Origin: Camelus dromedarius
Taxonomy: Eukaryota
Length of the DNA: 64,000 bases
Assembly: GCF_036321535.1 (NCBI RefSeq)
Contig: NC_087436.1
Location: 7,936,001 to 8,000,000 of the forward strand
Reading direction: 5' to 3'
This document shows, one piece after another, positions 26,645 through 40,347 of the stretch. The translations under genes were made by a program, and so were the position numbers. The notes under the pieces were generated by a model that had not been told where the DNA came from, did not search any database, and worked only from the letters and a program-made list of their open reading frames with translations. Within the stretch, counting starts at the first letter, position 1, and every line of letters begins with the position of its first letter.

Positions 26645-26955
26645 CTTTAATTGAAGTGTAGTTGATTTACAATGTTTCATATCTACAGTAAAGTGATTCT
26701 GTTATACATATATATTCTTTTTCAGACTCTTTTCCATTAAAAATTATTATAAGATACTGAATATAGTTGCCTGGGTTATACACTAGGATGTTGCTATTTA
26801 TCTGTTTTATACACAGCAGTTTGCATCTGTTAATCCCAAACTCCTAATGTATCCCTTCCCTACTTTGCCCTTCGGTAGCCATGTTTTTTTCTGTCTTTGA
26901 ATCTATTTCTGTTTTGTAAAGAAATTCATTTGGATCATTTGTTTAGATTCTGCCT
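26645..26955 (-). mobile_element. Cetartiodactyl-type LINE-1 3' end
   Basis: 'ttaattgaagtgtagttgatttacaatg...ttaatcccaaactcctaat'; flanked by the TSD-like 'acaaaccag' / 'acaaaccaa'. Confidence 0.88.
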
Positions 26956-28004
26956 ACAAACCAATATTGAGTTAATTTTTTTCACTGTATTAAAGATGAA
27001 CAAATGTCATTCTTAGGCATTAAAGAATATAGTAAGACAAATTATGCATGGATGTATTAGATGGTTTCAGTATAGTCTTGCTCTCTTAATAGTTTTGACA
27101 ATCAAAATTATTGGATAAGGGGAGTGACTTACAGCAAGGGGCCCTGCACGTCAATGAGAGCTATGCTCACTGATGGGGAAAAAATGTCCCAGAAGTAACC
27201 TCGCTCTCCCCATAGGTCCCCCGATGAAGAAAAACTGTCTAAACTTCAAGGGCTAAAAAAAGAGAACTTTAAACCAATTTAGGGATTCACATATGTTGGA
27301 TATTTAAAGATGGTAATATGTGGAAGATATGTCTTCTCTCAGCTGCCTGCTTTTTCTTATGAAGCCAAATTTTTACATGTCTATTCAAATCTATGATTTG
27401 GAGGAGACACAAACATACGCACACACAGAGAGACACCACAACACAACACATCTACCTAATATTTTTCCTCCTCCACTTTTTATTGCTGATTTTAAACTCA
27501 GTCGAATGTTCTCTTTCATCCAATTGATCAGCTTGAAAAGCAGACCGAGGCCAAACACACCATTACTCCAGACTTCACGGTTCCCAGGCCACCAGAATCA
27601 GCCTGCTCACTTTCCAGCCACCATAAATCTCATCACACAGCTGTTACAAGTCATTGATGGGGAATAATGAGCACACAGCTGATATGTTTTGAATGACGAT
27701 TCTTCCATTTTTGTCTTAGGGATCCAAAGTCTGTTCACTTCTCTGGCAAAGCTTCCCTGATAAAATTCTGTGGCTTTAATATTTGATTTGAAACCCCATG
27801 TTATCATATTTAAGACATGAAATTAATTCCCTCTTTTAAAATAAATTTGGTGTGTCGAGGTCGCTTTATAACATTTTATCAATTTCATGATTTTGACGTA
27901 TTTGATAAAGTTTGAACAGTTAGTCATCTAATCAAAAGAATCTGCAGTTGAGTTGAGAAAACCAAAATGAACATGGGTGTGAAAGACACATATTTATATT
28001 TTTT

Positions 28005-28220
28005 CTTTTTTAATTGAAGTATAGTCAGTTTACTATGTTGTCAATGCTTGTGCACAGCATCATGTCTGTCATACGTGTACATACATTTTCATTATCATTA
28101 TAGGTTACTGTAAGATATTGAATATAGTTCTCTGTGCTATACAGTAAAAACCTGTTTGTCTATTTTATATATAGTAGTTAGGATCTGCAAATCTCAAACT
28201 CCCAATTTAGCCCCTCCCAC
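28005..28220 (-). mobile_element. LINE-1 3' end (younger, camelid-like subfamily)
   Basis: 'ttaattgaagtatagtcagttt...ctgcaaatctcaaactcccaattt'; same type as the 57.0-kb copy. Confidence 0.88.
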
Positions 28221-28729
28221 ATACATATATGCAGAAAAAAACAAAATTTGTCAAAAGACAATGCATCGCAGAAATTGTTCTACACAATTAATGGTGATAC
28301 TATTTACTATGTTTATATATAATATATGAATTGCATTTGACATTTATTGAATATTTACTGTTTACCAGACATTGGACTGAGCTCTGTCATTTTATCCTCA
28401 CAAAAACCTTGTGAGTTAAGTAATAGGTCCTATGCATCCAGTATGTGGAGAGATTTCCCTGGGATGAAAGATCTAAAATTCCCTCTAAAAGGTGCAGCAT
28501 TTGAATTGTGTCCTTGAATGTCTAGATGCTAGGGCTTAAATTTTATCATTCTAAAGTATACAAGAGGACGTTATAAATAAGGAACATCCTTTGGGAAAAG
28601 GTGTGGCAACAGATTAGCGGTGCTATCATCCAGATAGTACTGAGATCCGTTTGGCTATTGGGAAATAGTAAATGCAATGGCTGGGAATTGCTTAACATAA
28701 ATCAGATATTGTATGAAAACCGTACATAA

Positions 28730-28885
28730 GAAATAATAACATTTTATACTTACAAGAGCCATATGAGAAGGGGACTTTTATTATCTCAATTTTGCCATTG
28801 ATGACACTGAAGAAGAGAAGTTTGCCTTCCCCAAACTCACACAGGGGGTGGGTGGCAAAGTGATTCTCAGGTGGGAAATGGGGAG
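28730..28885 (-). mobile_element. MIR SINE
   Basis: 'ttattatctcaattttgcc..gatgacactgaag...tttgccttccccaaactcacacag'. Confidence 0.55.
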
Positions 28886-31800
28886 TCACGGTATCTGATT
28901 AAGTTGTATGGGAGAGCAATTAAAGATGAAAGATCATTGAGTTTTTGAGACTGGTAAATGGGACAGGAATATTGCCACTGTCAAAATAGGAAATCAAAAA
29001 GGGAATCCTACAGGGAGGACTTAAGTGTAATAACACACTTTCTTCTGCATTTTCAAGACACAAAGGAATGAGGATACATTTCTCAAGGGTACTATTATGA
29101 AAATTGAATCAAGACCTCCTTTTTTTTTTTTTAATTTTACTTGACTTTCTACAAAGACGGAAGCACCACAAGAATGTTAAAAATACTCAGTGGGATATTC
29201 TGGTGGATATATTGTTATGAAAATAGCCTCTAGTTTACATGTGAGTGTCAGACGCTGGTACACAGCCAATTTATTTATATATTCTCTAGTTATAAAGGGA
29301 AAGCATAGGTCTCTTGAGAGGGAGAAGGGAAAACCTTGATAGTATATTTACACTAAGAACGATAGTGCCAAGAACAGGCCATGGGTGTGTTATTTTTCAG
29401 CTGCTCCAAGGATCGTGTGTTCGAGGGCCAGGGAAGGACCTGCATCTCCCGTGGAGTAGGGTCCAGGTTATCATCTGTGGAGAGAGAAACTCCAACTTCA
29501 AGCTCTGTTCTAAGACTTTCTCATTTGAAACCAGGCACATCTGTTTTGTGGTCTTAATAATGTTTATTTAAAACATGTGAACAATTTTAGAGATTGCCAG
29601 ATGATTGATGGGTAAGATGCAAGTGTACTTTGTCAATTACAATATGTACACATGGAGGGTTTGTATGTTAAGCCCAGTTTCCATGGGTGGCCGATGTAAG
29701 CGGCAGACAGACCCTTTGAACAGCAGAGGGGAAGGCAGCAATGTTGAGTTCTCTCTGCTGGATGCCAGACGTTTTCTCATTATGACCCAGGATCTGTTGA
29801 ATTGCCTGGGCTTTGAGTTACATATTATAGAAAGTGGTATTGAATGAACCAACAGCCAGATTTAATTTTTGTTTTGAGGAAGTTCCTTGGATCACCCCAT
29901 GTTTGATTTTAAACAAACAAAAAAATAGAAACAATTTATTTCTACATGGCCCTAGCAATCTGGGGGAAAAAAAAAAAGACAAAAACCGAAACCAAAAACA
30001 TTTGTGTGTGTGTGAGGTTCTGGGCGAGCCTACTGAATCTGTAGGTTAATCAAAATAAATAATAACTCTTTTCCTGTAATTTCATTCTTTCCATCTGGCC
30101 ACCCGTTTACTTAATATTTAATTTCCTGTGATTTTTCATCATTTTCCTGCAGCACACTTATACTGGGTTTGACTTTGAGTCATTTGGATATTTTACTCAT
30201 TCCTGTCTGACTTAAAATGTTTCATTTTGTATCTAACTGGTCATTCAGAGCTCTCAAGTTTAGAATCTCCATAATTCAGGATGAATTTTTTTTAAAGGGT
30301 TTTGTAATGTTAGAACGTCTGTTCTAAAAACACAGTGCCTAACCAGGCAAGAATGCCATAGGAAAAATGCCCTGGACAACTACATTATCAAACAACGTCA
30401 ATTGGGTTGGCAAAGGTTAAGACCGACAATTATCTCTGGTTGCTGCTCAAATGGTCACCGTGAATTCTGGCATTTTCTTCATCTTCTTTCAATGGGATGA
30501 GAGTTTAAGTACACAAAGTAATTACCTGAAGGGCTGAACAGATTGCATTGGACACTGCATCCTCATGAAATTCAGCAGCCGTGTAAAGCAGGAAAATGAG
30601 CTTGTAGTGGAGAGGAAATAGAAGACTGGCAGAGAAAGAGAAAAAAAAAAAATCTATGTTGTTCCTCAATTGAGATGAGGAAGAAAGGGTGTTTGTCTGA
30701 CCTTAAATTTTGTTTTCCCACCACTTCTTGGGCTGGCTTATGACTATAAACTTAATTGCTTTGAGAATTTCTAGTTATCATTGATGCAGCCTTAAAGAAC
30801 CAAGTCCGGTCAGAAAGGAAGCAGATGGAGAGGGCACTGCCACTTACCCTTCAGTGAGCTTTGTCAGTGCACTGTCATTCAAAGCATACGTCCACGGAAT
30901 TACAATAGCATCACAAAAGGATGTGCCACCCATAATAACTGAGCAATATGCAACTGTGTCATAGAAAATAGCTGTATTTTAATAAAGTGCCTCAACATAT
31001 TCCGGTCAGGTGAGTTGTCATTAAATTACAAAGATCACTGGAATAAATCCAGCTTCTATTAAAAGAAAACAGATGTTTTATTTTATATTTACTCAGACTT
31101 GGACTGACACCTAATTATTTTACATGTGAGTCTGAAAGTAAATATGGACTGCAGTTTATTTCACAGAATAAGAAAAAAAGTTAAGCAAAGCATATGAAAA
31201 CTACTCCTCATGAGAATTTTTTTGTAGTTGTCATGAATTTTGTTTATGATATACTGTCAGTAATTTAGAAGGCTAGAAATAGTTTGGATGGATAATGTTA
31301 AATACAAGCGACTATTTGGGGGAGAACTTCATGACTGAGCTAAACTGAATGTATTTCTGGAGTGTGAAATCCTTCTTTGAATATACACATAGCAGTGGGA
31401 AAAAAATTAACTTGAGACTTGTGGTGAGTGTGGAATTAACAGAAGAGAAGCAGTGTGAAATGAGTAATGAAGTTCTAATTCTGCAGGATACAATTGTCTA
31501 ACAAATGATACATATGTACATTTTTTGAGGGATTCTTGGTATTATAATGAAAATAAAACTAAAAGTGAAATAAATATCCAGCAGTATAAAATTCCTGAGT
31601 AAGTTATCAGACACCCATAAGTTGAAGTACCACAAGTTTCTAAAATCAGTGAAAGCAATTCACATGCAGTTAACAAGAAAGTCTCTTTATGATATAAGCA
31701 TATTGTAGAATAGGTACTTAATATAATCCTAGTTGTATGTAAATAATAAAAATAAATTACTAAATTTAATGATTGCAAATTTAAATTTTTTTTTTGGAAG

Positions 31801-33477
31801 GAAAAACAGAAACTGAAATTGTATCTTGGAGCTACAAAATGAGAATAAATATAGGGAAGGATTGTCTAATATTTTCCTTATGTTCTTTAATTACATTTGA
31901 AATTGTTAGCATGATAAAATATTGTATGTATCATAATGAAGTAAAATAAAATTCCTTTTAAAACAATGACTGTTCCATCTCACTTTACCCCCAATTGTGC
32001 TTCTTACATACACTCTGGCTTCATATATCTTTGGTCATTCAGAGAATCCATAATATTCTTTGATGATACATTCCAACGATTTCCTATGTGGTTATTTGTA
32101 TTACTTTGACATTAAATATTGTTTTATGAGACAATTTCTCTAGTTCGCCTGATTGAAAACTGATTTCTGGGTAAAGTGTTTAGTGTTCCTGTTTTAAATC
32201 AATCTGAACACGGCAATGAGGTACCATTCAATTTAAATCTCTCTTAGAAAAGATGTGTGATTTTTTTTAATGACTACCTTAAAAGCATTTTCAATATTCC
32301 AAACTTTTAGCTTAATATTGTTTCAAATTTAGTAACTGCTTTTATGATCTGTAGTTTAGAATGCTGCAAATATAATGGCATAAAGGAGACTGTCTACATT
32401 TTAGGTGAAATATTTAACCAAATGGAGATATAATTACAATGCCCATTGTACGGTATGTACGGAGCTCCCCTTGCAGACTGAGCTGCCGTTCTCTAACTAG
32501 TCTCTCTGAGTATAAGCCTTCAAGTATTTAATGATAAAGCAATAGCATTGATTGAAGAAGTTCTAAATCTAAATTTGTGTTACATAGAAAAAGAAAGTCA
32601 TCATTTTCAAACATTAAAAACAGCAATCAAATTCTGAAAACATACCAAGTTAATGTTGTCTATCTTGTATTTATTTTTGTCATAAAGGTGGAAAGAACTA
32701 AGTGAACAGCCATATACTATAAATTGCACATTGCAATCAAAGTGTTAGAGATATTGAAGATGTAGAATGTCAGCACCTGTGAACTGATCTGGGTGGCTCC
32801 TACCTGGCTCTTGCAAACAGATTAACAGTGATGCATTTACTGCAGAGGGGGATGTTTGAGGGAGACTGGTTTTGAGGTTAGTACTTTTTAGTTTGTGATT
32901 CTTAGCTTTTGAGGGTCTTGGAAATGTTCACTGAATACAAATAAGCCAAAAAAAAAAAAAAATAGAAAAAGAAAACAAAAGACATTGAAGCCAAGTTAAG
33001 AAAACGAGACTTGAGATGCTTCTCAGTGTCTTTGAACCACCCAAGGCAAAGGATGCAAGGGAGAGAGAAGAGGAGTAAGATACCAACATTCACAAAGGCG
33101 CCCAAGAAGGGGATGAAGGGAGAGGAGCGAGGCAGAGTAAAAGAAACCCTGGAGAGAGTTTCCTCACAGGAAGCAAAAGGGGAGAATACTGAGAAGGCGA
33201 GGGGTGGGGTGCACAGTGACAGATGCAGCAGTCAACTATGGATACACACTAAGAACCTTTGTTAGTGATGTTCCACAAACCTGATTTCCTCCTATCAGTG
33301 TTCTTTTACTAAGCCGTATTCGTGAAGCTCTTAGAACAGTGGCTTGATTGTGCAGAGTAAACACCACGGAAGTTTGATAAAGATAAATCTACTACAGTAG
33401 ATTTGGAAATTGACCACAAGCGATTTCCATGCTAAGCAGATTCAGAAATCAGATTTTACTGGACTGAGAACTAAAAG

Positions 33478-34392
33478 TGTTACCGAACTTGGGCCCGGCT
33501 GCTTGCCACTCAAAAAATCAATACTGGAGAGAGTCAATCGCTGGTAAAAAGAAAAGTAGTGTTTTTGTTGTTGTTTGTTTTTGTTTTTTTTTTTAAACTA
33601 GAATTTCAGAATAGTTTATTATAACCAGCCCAATTTTGTGTTAACACCATTTAAGATAAATGTTAGCCTATGAAGTATGAACTTTCATCCCCAGTCTAAT
33701 GTTAATCTGGTAAAAAATTTCCAGCTCAAACCGTTTTCTATATAGCTTGGTACATTATGGTTATTTTTCTGATTGGCTTTATAATATCCATTGAGTTATG
33801 ATCTCATCCTATTCCACATTCTCTTATTATTAGGCATATTTTTCTTAACCCATTCCCCAACTCATACACACAGAAAGTAGCTTTTAATCAGAATGCCAGC
33901 AATCTGGGGAGAAGGTGGACTCATGTCCCCTCAAAACCAACTCCAAAGATGCTGCCCAGCCATAAAAATTTTGAAGGGAAGAAGGGAAGTAATCTCAGTT
34001 AATCACTGAGATAGGAGACCAAACTCTTAGCCATCTCCCACTGCATGCAGGCTTGTTTGCTCCTCGTGGTCTGTCTTTAGATGCTATCTTTTTGCGAGAT
34101 GATTGAGAACAGTTGTGAGATGACTACGGGAAAGCTAGGGAAGAGATCTGATCATCTGTTAATTACTCATTCTTCATTCCTACCTCTTTGATATAGCAAA
34201 GAACCAACCAACAAGTTAGGCAAGGTGTCCTGTGATCAAAACACTGGAAAGGGGGTGCTTGGGCTGGAGATGAGTAAGGCAAGGTAGTGGGGGGCACCTG
34301 GTTTAAAAGTTAGTTCCAGTGTTGCTTTGCTAAAGTGGCCGGGCAAAAGGAGATTCCTGCTGAGGGCAGCTTCCCGCAAAGAGCTATTTACA
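33478..34392 (-). mobile_element. Solo ERV1-type LTR interrupted by a retroposed insert
   Basis: Starts 'tgttaccgaacttggg' and ends 'gagctatttaca'. Minus-strand ATTAAA at about 33883-33888. LTR sequence resumes after the insert. Confidence 0.8.
33560..33871 (-). other. L1-mediated retroposed polyadenylated RNA 3' end (truncated retrocopy or orphan transduction)
   Basis: Poly(T) at 33560-33594, with a minus-strand AATAAA about 20 nt from the tail. TSD agaaaagtag(tg)tttt / agaaagtagctttt and an L1 endonuclease site TTTT/AA at the right junction. Confidence 0.8.
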
Positions 34393-37029
34393 AACACAGA
34401 GACAGCAAATGTATGCTCTTTTTCAAAAAGATTTTATATAAAAAATATATAAAAGGGTGTATTAGTGGCAGAGACTTTTAGACACAGAAAGGACAACCTT
34501 TCTATTGTCAATAAGACTTCAAATAATTTTGCCTCCATCCCTGATTCTCTCTTGAAAGGTCCGCATGGCCCATGTAAGGTGAGAGAAGGAGGGGTTTTCC
34601 AGTCTCAGTTGAGGGAATGCAGTGATGTTAGCTGATTCTCTGTTACAATGGAAGCGCCTACATCCCCAGATAACAGTAAGAAACTCAAAGGACGCCAATG
34701 TATTTAAAATCTTAATCTGCTTCAAACTACTGCAAGAAGTAGTCTTATTTTCATGGTAGAAAAATAGATAAAAGAGATTTAACGTGTAACTGAAGATCAA
34801 AGTCACCAACAATGTAGGTTCAGGGCCCAGGCCTCCAGGGCCCTCTAATAGAGTAGCTTTTCCACCACGCTGCCTATATGCATAAACTCTTTGGTATGAA
34901 AAAGAGGCATTTAAACTTTTGTAGGTTTTTTTGCTGTTTCTTTTTTGGTATTCTATTGTTACATTGATAAGGAAATATAAAAGAAGATGTTTTAAACACC
35001 TATAAAGTAATGATTAAAGACATTTTGGTAGTAATGAATCTTCCTTTACAAAATCTATGTATTGATTGTTTTGATGCACTCAGAATTCATTACCTCTAAT
35101 TCTTTATGATGAACACAGAAAACAGAGGGAGAAACTCTTCTTAGTCATGACATATTACAGTGGAAATACAGTGTCACTTAGACTTGAGGTGACATTGCCA
35201 AAATAGGAATGTCTTCTGCATATGGGTTGATAGCTTGGGTTAGAAATGACACAATGTAACACAAATAAGAAGGATAATTACTTTAGAAGCAGTCAATAAA
35301 AATTGCATATCACTTTGTGGAAGGCTAGAAGGAAATCCTCTGTGTGACCTCAGGACAGAAAACGTAGTGTGCTCTGCTGCCACATTGAATACGGGGGATG
35401 CGTCTTAAAAACCTGGCCTTCCCTCAGCAGATAATCTCATAGCAAAAGGGACATCATCAGCCTCTCCATAACCCTGAACGTGCAATGAGAAATCTCACTA
35501 AAAACAGCTGCAGCTGCCTTTTCCCGAGGAGGTGACGATGTGGGAACAGATGCTCGGTTTCTCCCTAGGTGACAAAGCATATTGGTGATTTCAGGGAGGG
35601 CTGGCATCTCAGAGGAAGCAATTAGGTTCTTTGTGAGTGATGGTGGTAAGGAAACCAAAGTAATTAGGACAGATGAAAGCCAGGAAAGATAAATATCTTG
35701 CCCAAACAGAGGTCAAAGCTACATGACCACAATTACTTTGGCAGGAAACAGAGCATATTATTGTGGGCAGCAGTGCCTTCATATCCCAACTGTATTTCAT
35801 ATAAAATGGCTGTTAAACACCTTCAATTTAAGAAGGCATATAGAGTCACATCAAGAAAGTATATTTGGTGAAAATATTTTCTGATGTCTTTTAAACAGTA
35901 AAGTAGTATATGGGTCCGTTTCAAAACTACTATTTTTGAAACAGACATTTAAATTGTATACATAATTACACTTAGACTCAGGGAAATCATTTATGAATTT
36001 GGAACGATTCTCTAATTCTGTATGGATATGACATAGATGGATTGTAGAAAGCTCTTTTTTTTTTCAGACACATTTGCCTATTTCTACATTGTTGCTCGTC
36101 TGCAATCAGTATGTAGTAGGCTAGAAATACCGGTTCATAGGCAATAATATTTAAAATTACTTAGCTTAGGCATTACAATCAACTAATACACCTAAAAGAA
36201 TGCCTTAATCAGTTTTTCTTTCTTTTTTTTTTTTAGTCACCTTAAGAAATAAAATTAGAAGCAAGATTGAGTCTATGGATCTAAGACTAGAAAACTGAGG
36301 CGCTAAATAAGGACTGTATAAGTTAGTATCAAAGGCACAGATTAATGCACCAGCCTCCTTCCACAGGGGTTGAATTGTCCATTCCATTCTATCATGGCCA
36401 GCTTTAGGTTGATAGGAATACTTTTTATCTGTCAGACAATACCAGACCCTCCACTGATAGTGAGGCCTTGCTTCCTCTACCATTCAAATAGGATGGATCT
36501 GACGATCCTAAATACTAAGTAATCCACTGATTGAGGAGTCAATCTTGAAATCGCTTAGGAAAAATAGACTAATAATAGAGCGACTAACAGTTTTCACTGC
36601 TACTAACTCTTCTTGTTTCCCTCATCTATACACATTTTTAGATGTTTGGGCCCTCTGGAATCCTAAGAAAATAGAACAAGAATGAAAGATACATCCACTT
36701 TACCATGGGATTTAGAGGATGCGGAAGTCTAATGTTGATTCTATGAAACTACACTGAATTTATAAAAATCCTAAAAGTTTATTAAGACCTCCAGTTTCTT
36801 CTCAGCTTCATCTCCTGCTAATATCATGACCATCTTTCACAACAACAGAGGATAAAGGCAAGATTTCTGGTGCTGTCTCTTGGAAAGCCTCTTTAATTTT
36901 TCTTTGGATGATTCACTACTCATTGCACTCAAAAATAATTTAATCATTGTACACAAAATATTCCTAAATACATCTTTCTTTCTTTTTCCTTTTTCAGAGT
37001 ATTGAACTGAAGCCAAGTGACTGAAATAA

Positions 37030-40000
37030 GAAAAGCACCTAAATATATGAAGCAAGCATTAACAGCTCTAAAGGGAGCAATAGACTGTAATACAACAATA
37101 GTAGGGGACTTTAATACCCCACTTATATCAATGGATAGATCATCCAGACAGAAAATCAATAAGGAGACATTGGCTTTAACTGACAAGTTAGATCAGCTGG
37201 ATTTAACAGCTATATACATCACACTCCATCCAAAAGGAACAGACTACACATTCTTCTCATGCTTATTCTCCAGGATAGGTCATATGTTAGGCCACAAAAA
37301 ATGTATTAACAAATTTAAGAATACTGAAATATCAAGTATCTTTTCTAACCACAATGGTATGAAACTAGAAAACAATTACAAAAAATAAAAAAAGTTGGAA
37401 AATTCACAAAAACGTAAAGATTAAATTATATACTACTAAACAAACAATTGACCAACAAAGAAATCAAAAGCAAAATCAACACATACCTTGAAACTAATGG
37501 AAATAGAAATATGACACACCAAAACTTATGGGATGCAGCAAAAGCAATTCTGAGAGGGATGGTTATAGTGACACAAGCTTGCCTCAGGAAATAAGAAAAA
37601 ATCTCAAATAAACAACCTAACTTTACACCACAAGAAACTGGAAAATGAAGAACAAAGTCCAAAGTTAGTAGACAAAAGGAAATAACAAATATCACAGCAC
37701 AAATAAATAAAATAGAGACTAAAAAAGGAACAGAAAAGATTAGTGAAACTATAAGTTGGTTCTTTAAAAAAATTAAAAGAAATTGACAAAACTTTAGTTA
37801 GACTCTCCAAGAAAAAAGAGGAATCAAATAAATAAAATCTGAAATGAAAGAGGAGACATTACACCTGATACCACGGAAATACAAAGGATCATAAAAGACT
37901 TCTACAGACAATTATATGCTAACCAGTTGGACAACCTAGAAGAAATTGATAAATCTCTAGAAACATAAAACTTTTCATAACTAAATCATGAAGAAATAGA
38001 AAATCTGAACAGAATAATTAGCAGGGAAGAGATTGAATCACTAATTTAAAAAAATCCCTACAAACAAAAGTCCAGAATCAGACAGCTTCACTGATAAATT
38101 ATACCAAACACTCAAAGAACTAATAGCAATCCTTCTCAAAATCTTTCAAAAGTTAGAAGAGGGGTGAGCACATCAGTTTATTTTAGGAGGCCAGCTTTAC
38201 CCTGATACCAAAACTAGACAAAGGCATCACAAGAAAAGAAAATTGCAGATCAATATCCCTGATAAACACAGATGCAAAATCATCAGCAAAATATGAACAA
38301 ACTGAATTCAAAAGTACATTAAAAAGATTATACACATGATCAAGTGGGATTTGACCAGGGATGCAAGGATGGCTCAACATCTGCAAACCAATCAAGATTC
38401 ACCACATTAACCAAAGAAAGCAAGAATGAAAATTATATGATCATCTCAATAGATGTACAGAAAGCATTTGACAAAATTCAACATCAATTTATGATAAAAA
38501 AAAAAAAACTCTCGACAAAGTGGATATAAAGGGAACATACCTCAAAATAATAAAGGTCATATATGATAAGTCCATAGCTAATATCATACTCAATGGTGAA
38601 AAGCGGAAAGCTTTTCCTTTAGGATCAGGATCAAGACAAGGATGCTCACTTTGGCCACTTTTTTTCAACATATGGGAAATCTTAGCCAGAGTAATTCAGC
38701 AAGAAAAAGAAATAAAGTTATCCAGACTGTAAGGGAATAAGTAAAATTGTCACTGTTTGCAGATAACATGATGCTATATCGAGAGGCTTTTTTTATGTAG
38801 AGAAAAATCCTAAAGACATCACAAAAAAACTTTAGAACAAATAAATAAAATGTAAATTTGTAGGATACAGAATTAATATACAGAAATTGTGCATTTCTAT
38901 ATACTAATAACAAACTATCAGAAAGAGAAATTAAGAAAATAATTTGTTTACAATTCTATCAAAAGAATAAAATACCTAATAAATTAAAAAAAAGGAGATG
39001 AAAAACCTGTACACTAAAAAGTGTAAGATACTGATTAAAAAAATGAAGATAGGAATAAATGGAAAGATATTCCATACCCATGGATTAGAACAATTAATAT
39101 TGTTAAAATGTCCACACTACTCAAAGCAAACTACAAATTCAATGCAATCTCTATCAAAATTCCAATGGCATTTTTCACATGAATAGAACAAATAATTTTA
39201 AATTGTGTAGGGAACCACAAAAGACCCTGAATATTCAAAGTAATTTTGAGAGAGAAGAACAAAGCTGGAGGCATCATACTGCCTGATGTTAAATGACACT
39301 ACAAAGCTTTAGTAATCGAAATGGCACATTGCTGACTTAAAAACAGAGTTCTAGACTGATGGAACAGAATAGAGTCCAGAACTAAGCCACTAAATATATG
39401 TACAATTAATTGAGGACAGAGGAGTCAAGAATATACAATGGAGGAAGAATGGCCTCTTCAATAAATGGTATTGGGAAAGCTGGGCAGCCAGATGCAAAAG
39501 AATGAAACTAGGCCGTTATCTTGTACCATACATGAAAACTAACTCAAATGATATTAAAGACTTGAAACCATAAAATTCCTTTATGGCAAGGATGTGGATA
39601 AAAAGGAACCCTTGTGCACTGTTGGTGAGAAGGTAAATTGGTGCAGCCACTGTGAAAGACAATAGAGAGGTTTCTCAGAAAATTAAAAACAGAATTACCA
39701 TATGATCTAGCATTTTCACTTCTGGGTACTTTTCCAAAGAACATGAAAACCTTAATTCAAAAAGATACGTGCATACCTCTGTTCACTGCAGCATCATTTA
39801 AAACAGCTAAGATATGGAAGCAACCCAAAAATCCATTGGCAGATGAGTGGATAAAGACAATGTGATGTATATATTACATTGGGGTATTATTCAGCCATAA
39901 AAAGAATGAAATGTTGCCATTTGCAACAATGTGGATGGACCTTGATGATGTTATGCTATGTGAAATAAGTGATAGACACAAATGGTATGTTATCACTTAT

Positions 40001-40347
40001 ATGTGAAATCTGAAAAAAAAGAAAAAGAAAAAACTAAGCTCATAAATATGGAGAATGGATTGGTGGTTGTCAAAAGTAGGGGTGGAGATAGGCAAATGAG
40101 TGAAGGGACTCAAAATGTTCAAACTGGTGTCTATGGTTAATAGTATTGTATTGAAAATGTGAAAATTGCAAAGAGTAAATCTTTTAAGTTCTAATCAGAA
40201 GAAAAAAATTCTGTAAGTATGCATGGTGACAGATGTTAACTAGACACATTATGGTGATCATTGGGCAGTAATACAAATATTCATTTGTTATGTACCTGAA
40301 AGAAATGCCATACTGTATTCTACTTCTACCTTAATTTAAAAAAAAAT
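37030..40347 (+). mobile_element. 5'-truncated LINE-1 (ORF2 and 3' UTR, L1MA9-like), dead, with an internal deletion near 39580
   Basis: ORF 37017-37388 contains the endonuclease motifs IVGDFNTPL and SRIGHMLGHK. Reverse-transcriptase pieces [25 protein letters not shown] and 'tttgcagataacatg' (FADDM-like) follow. Many stops and frameshifts; 3' UTR and A tail present. Confidence 0.96.

Larger units (their letters stand above)
32990..34450 (-). mobile_element. L2 LINE remnant split by the LTR at 33478-34392
   Basis: Purine-rich antisense L2 text ('ggagagagtttcctcacaggaagcaaaaggggagaa', 'cagattttactggactgagaa' | 'gagacagcaaatgtatgctctttttcaaaaag'). Confidence 0.55.

Noticed and set aside
37017..39186. 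Functional reverse transcriptase or endonuclease gene
   Set aside because: L1 ORF2 is broken by many stops and frameshifts, 5'-truncated and internally deleted.
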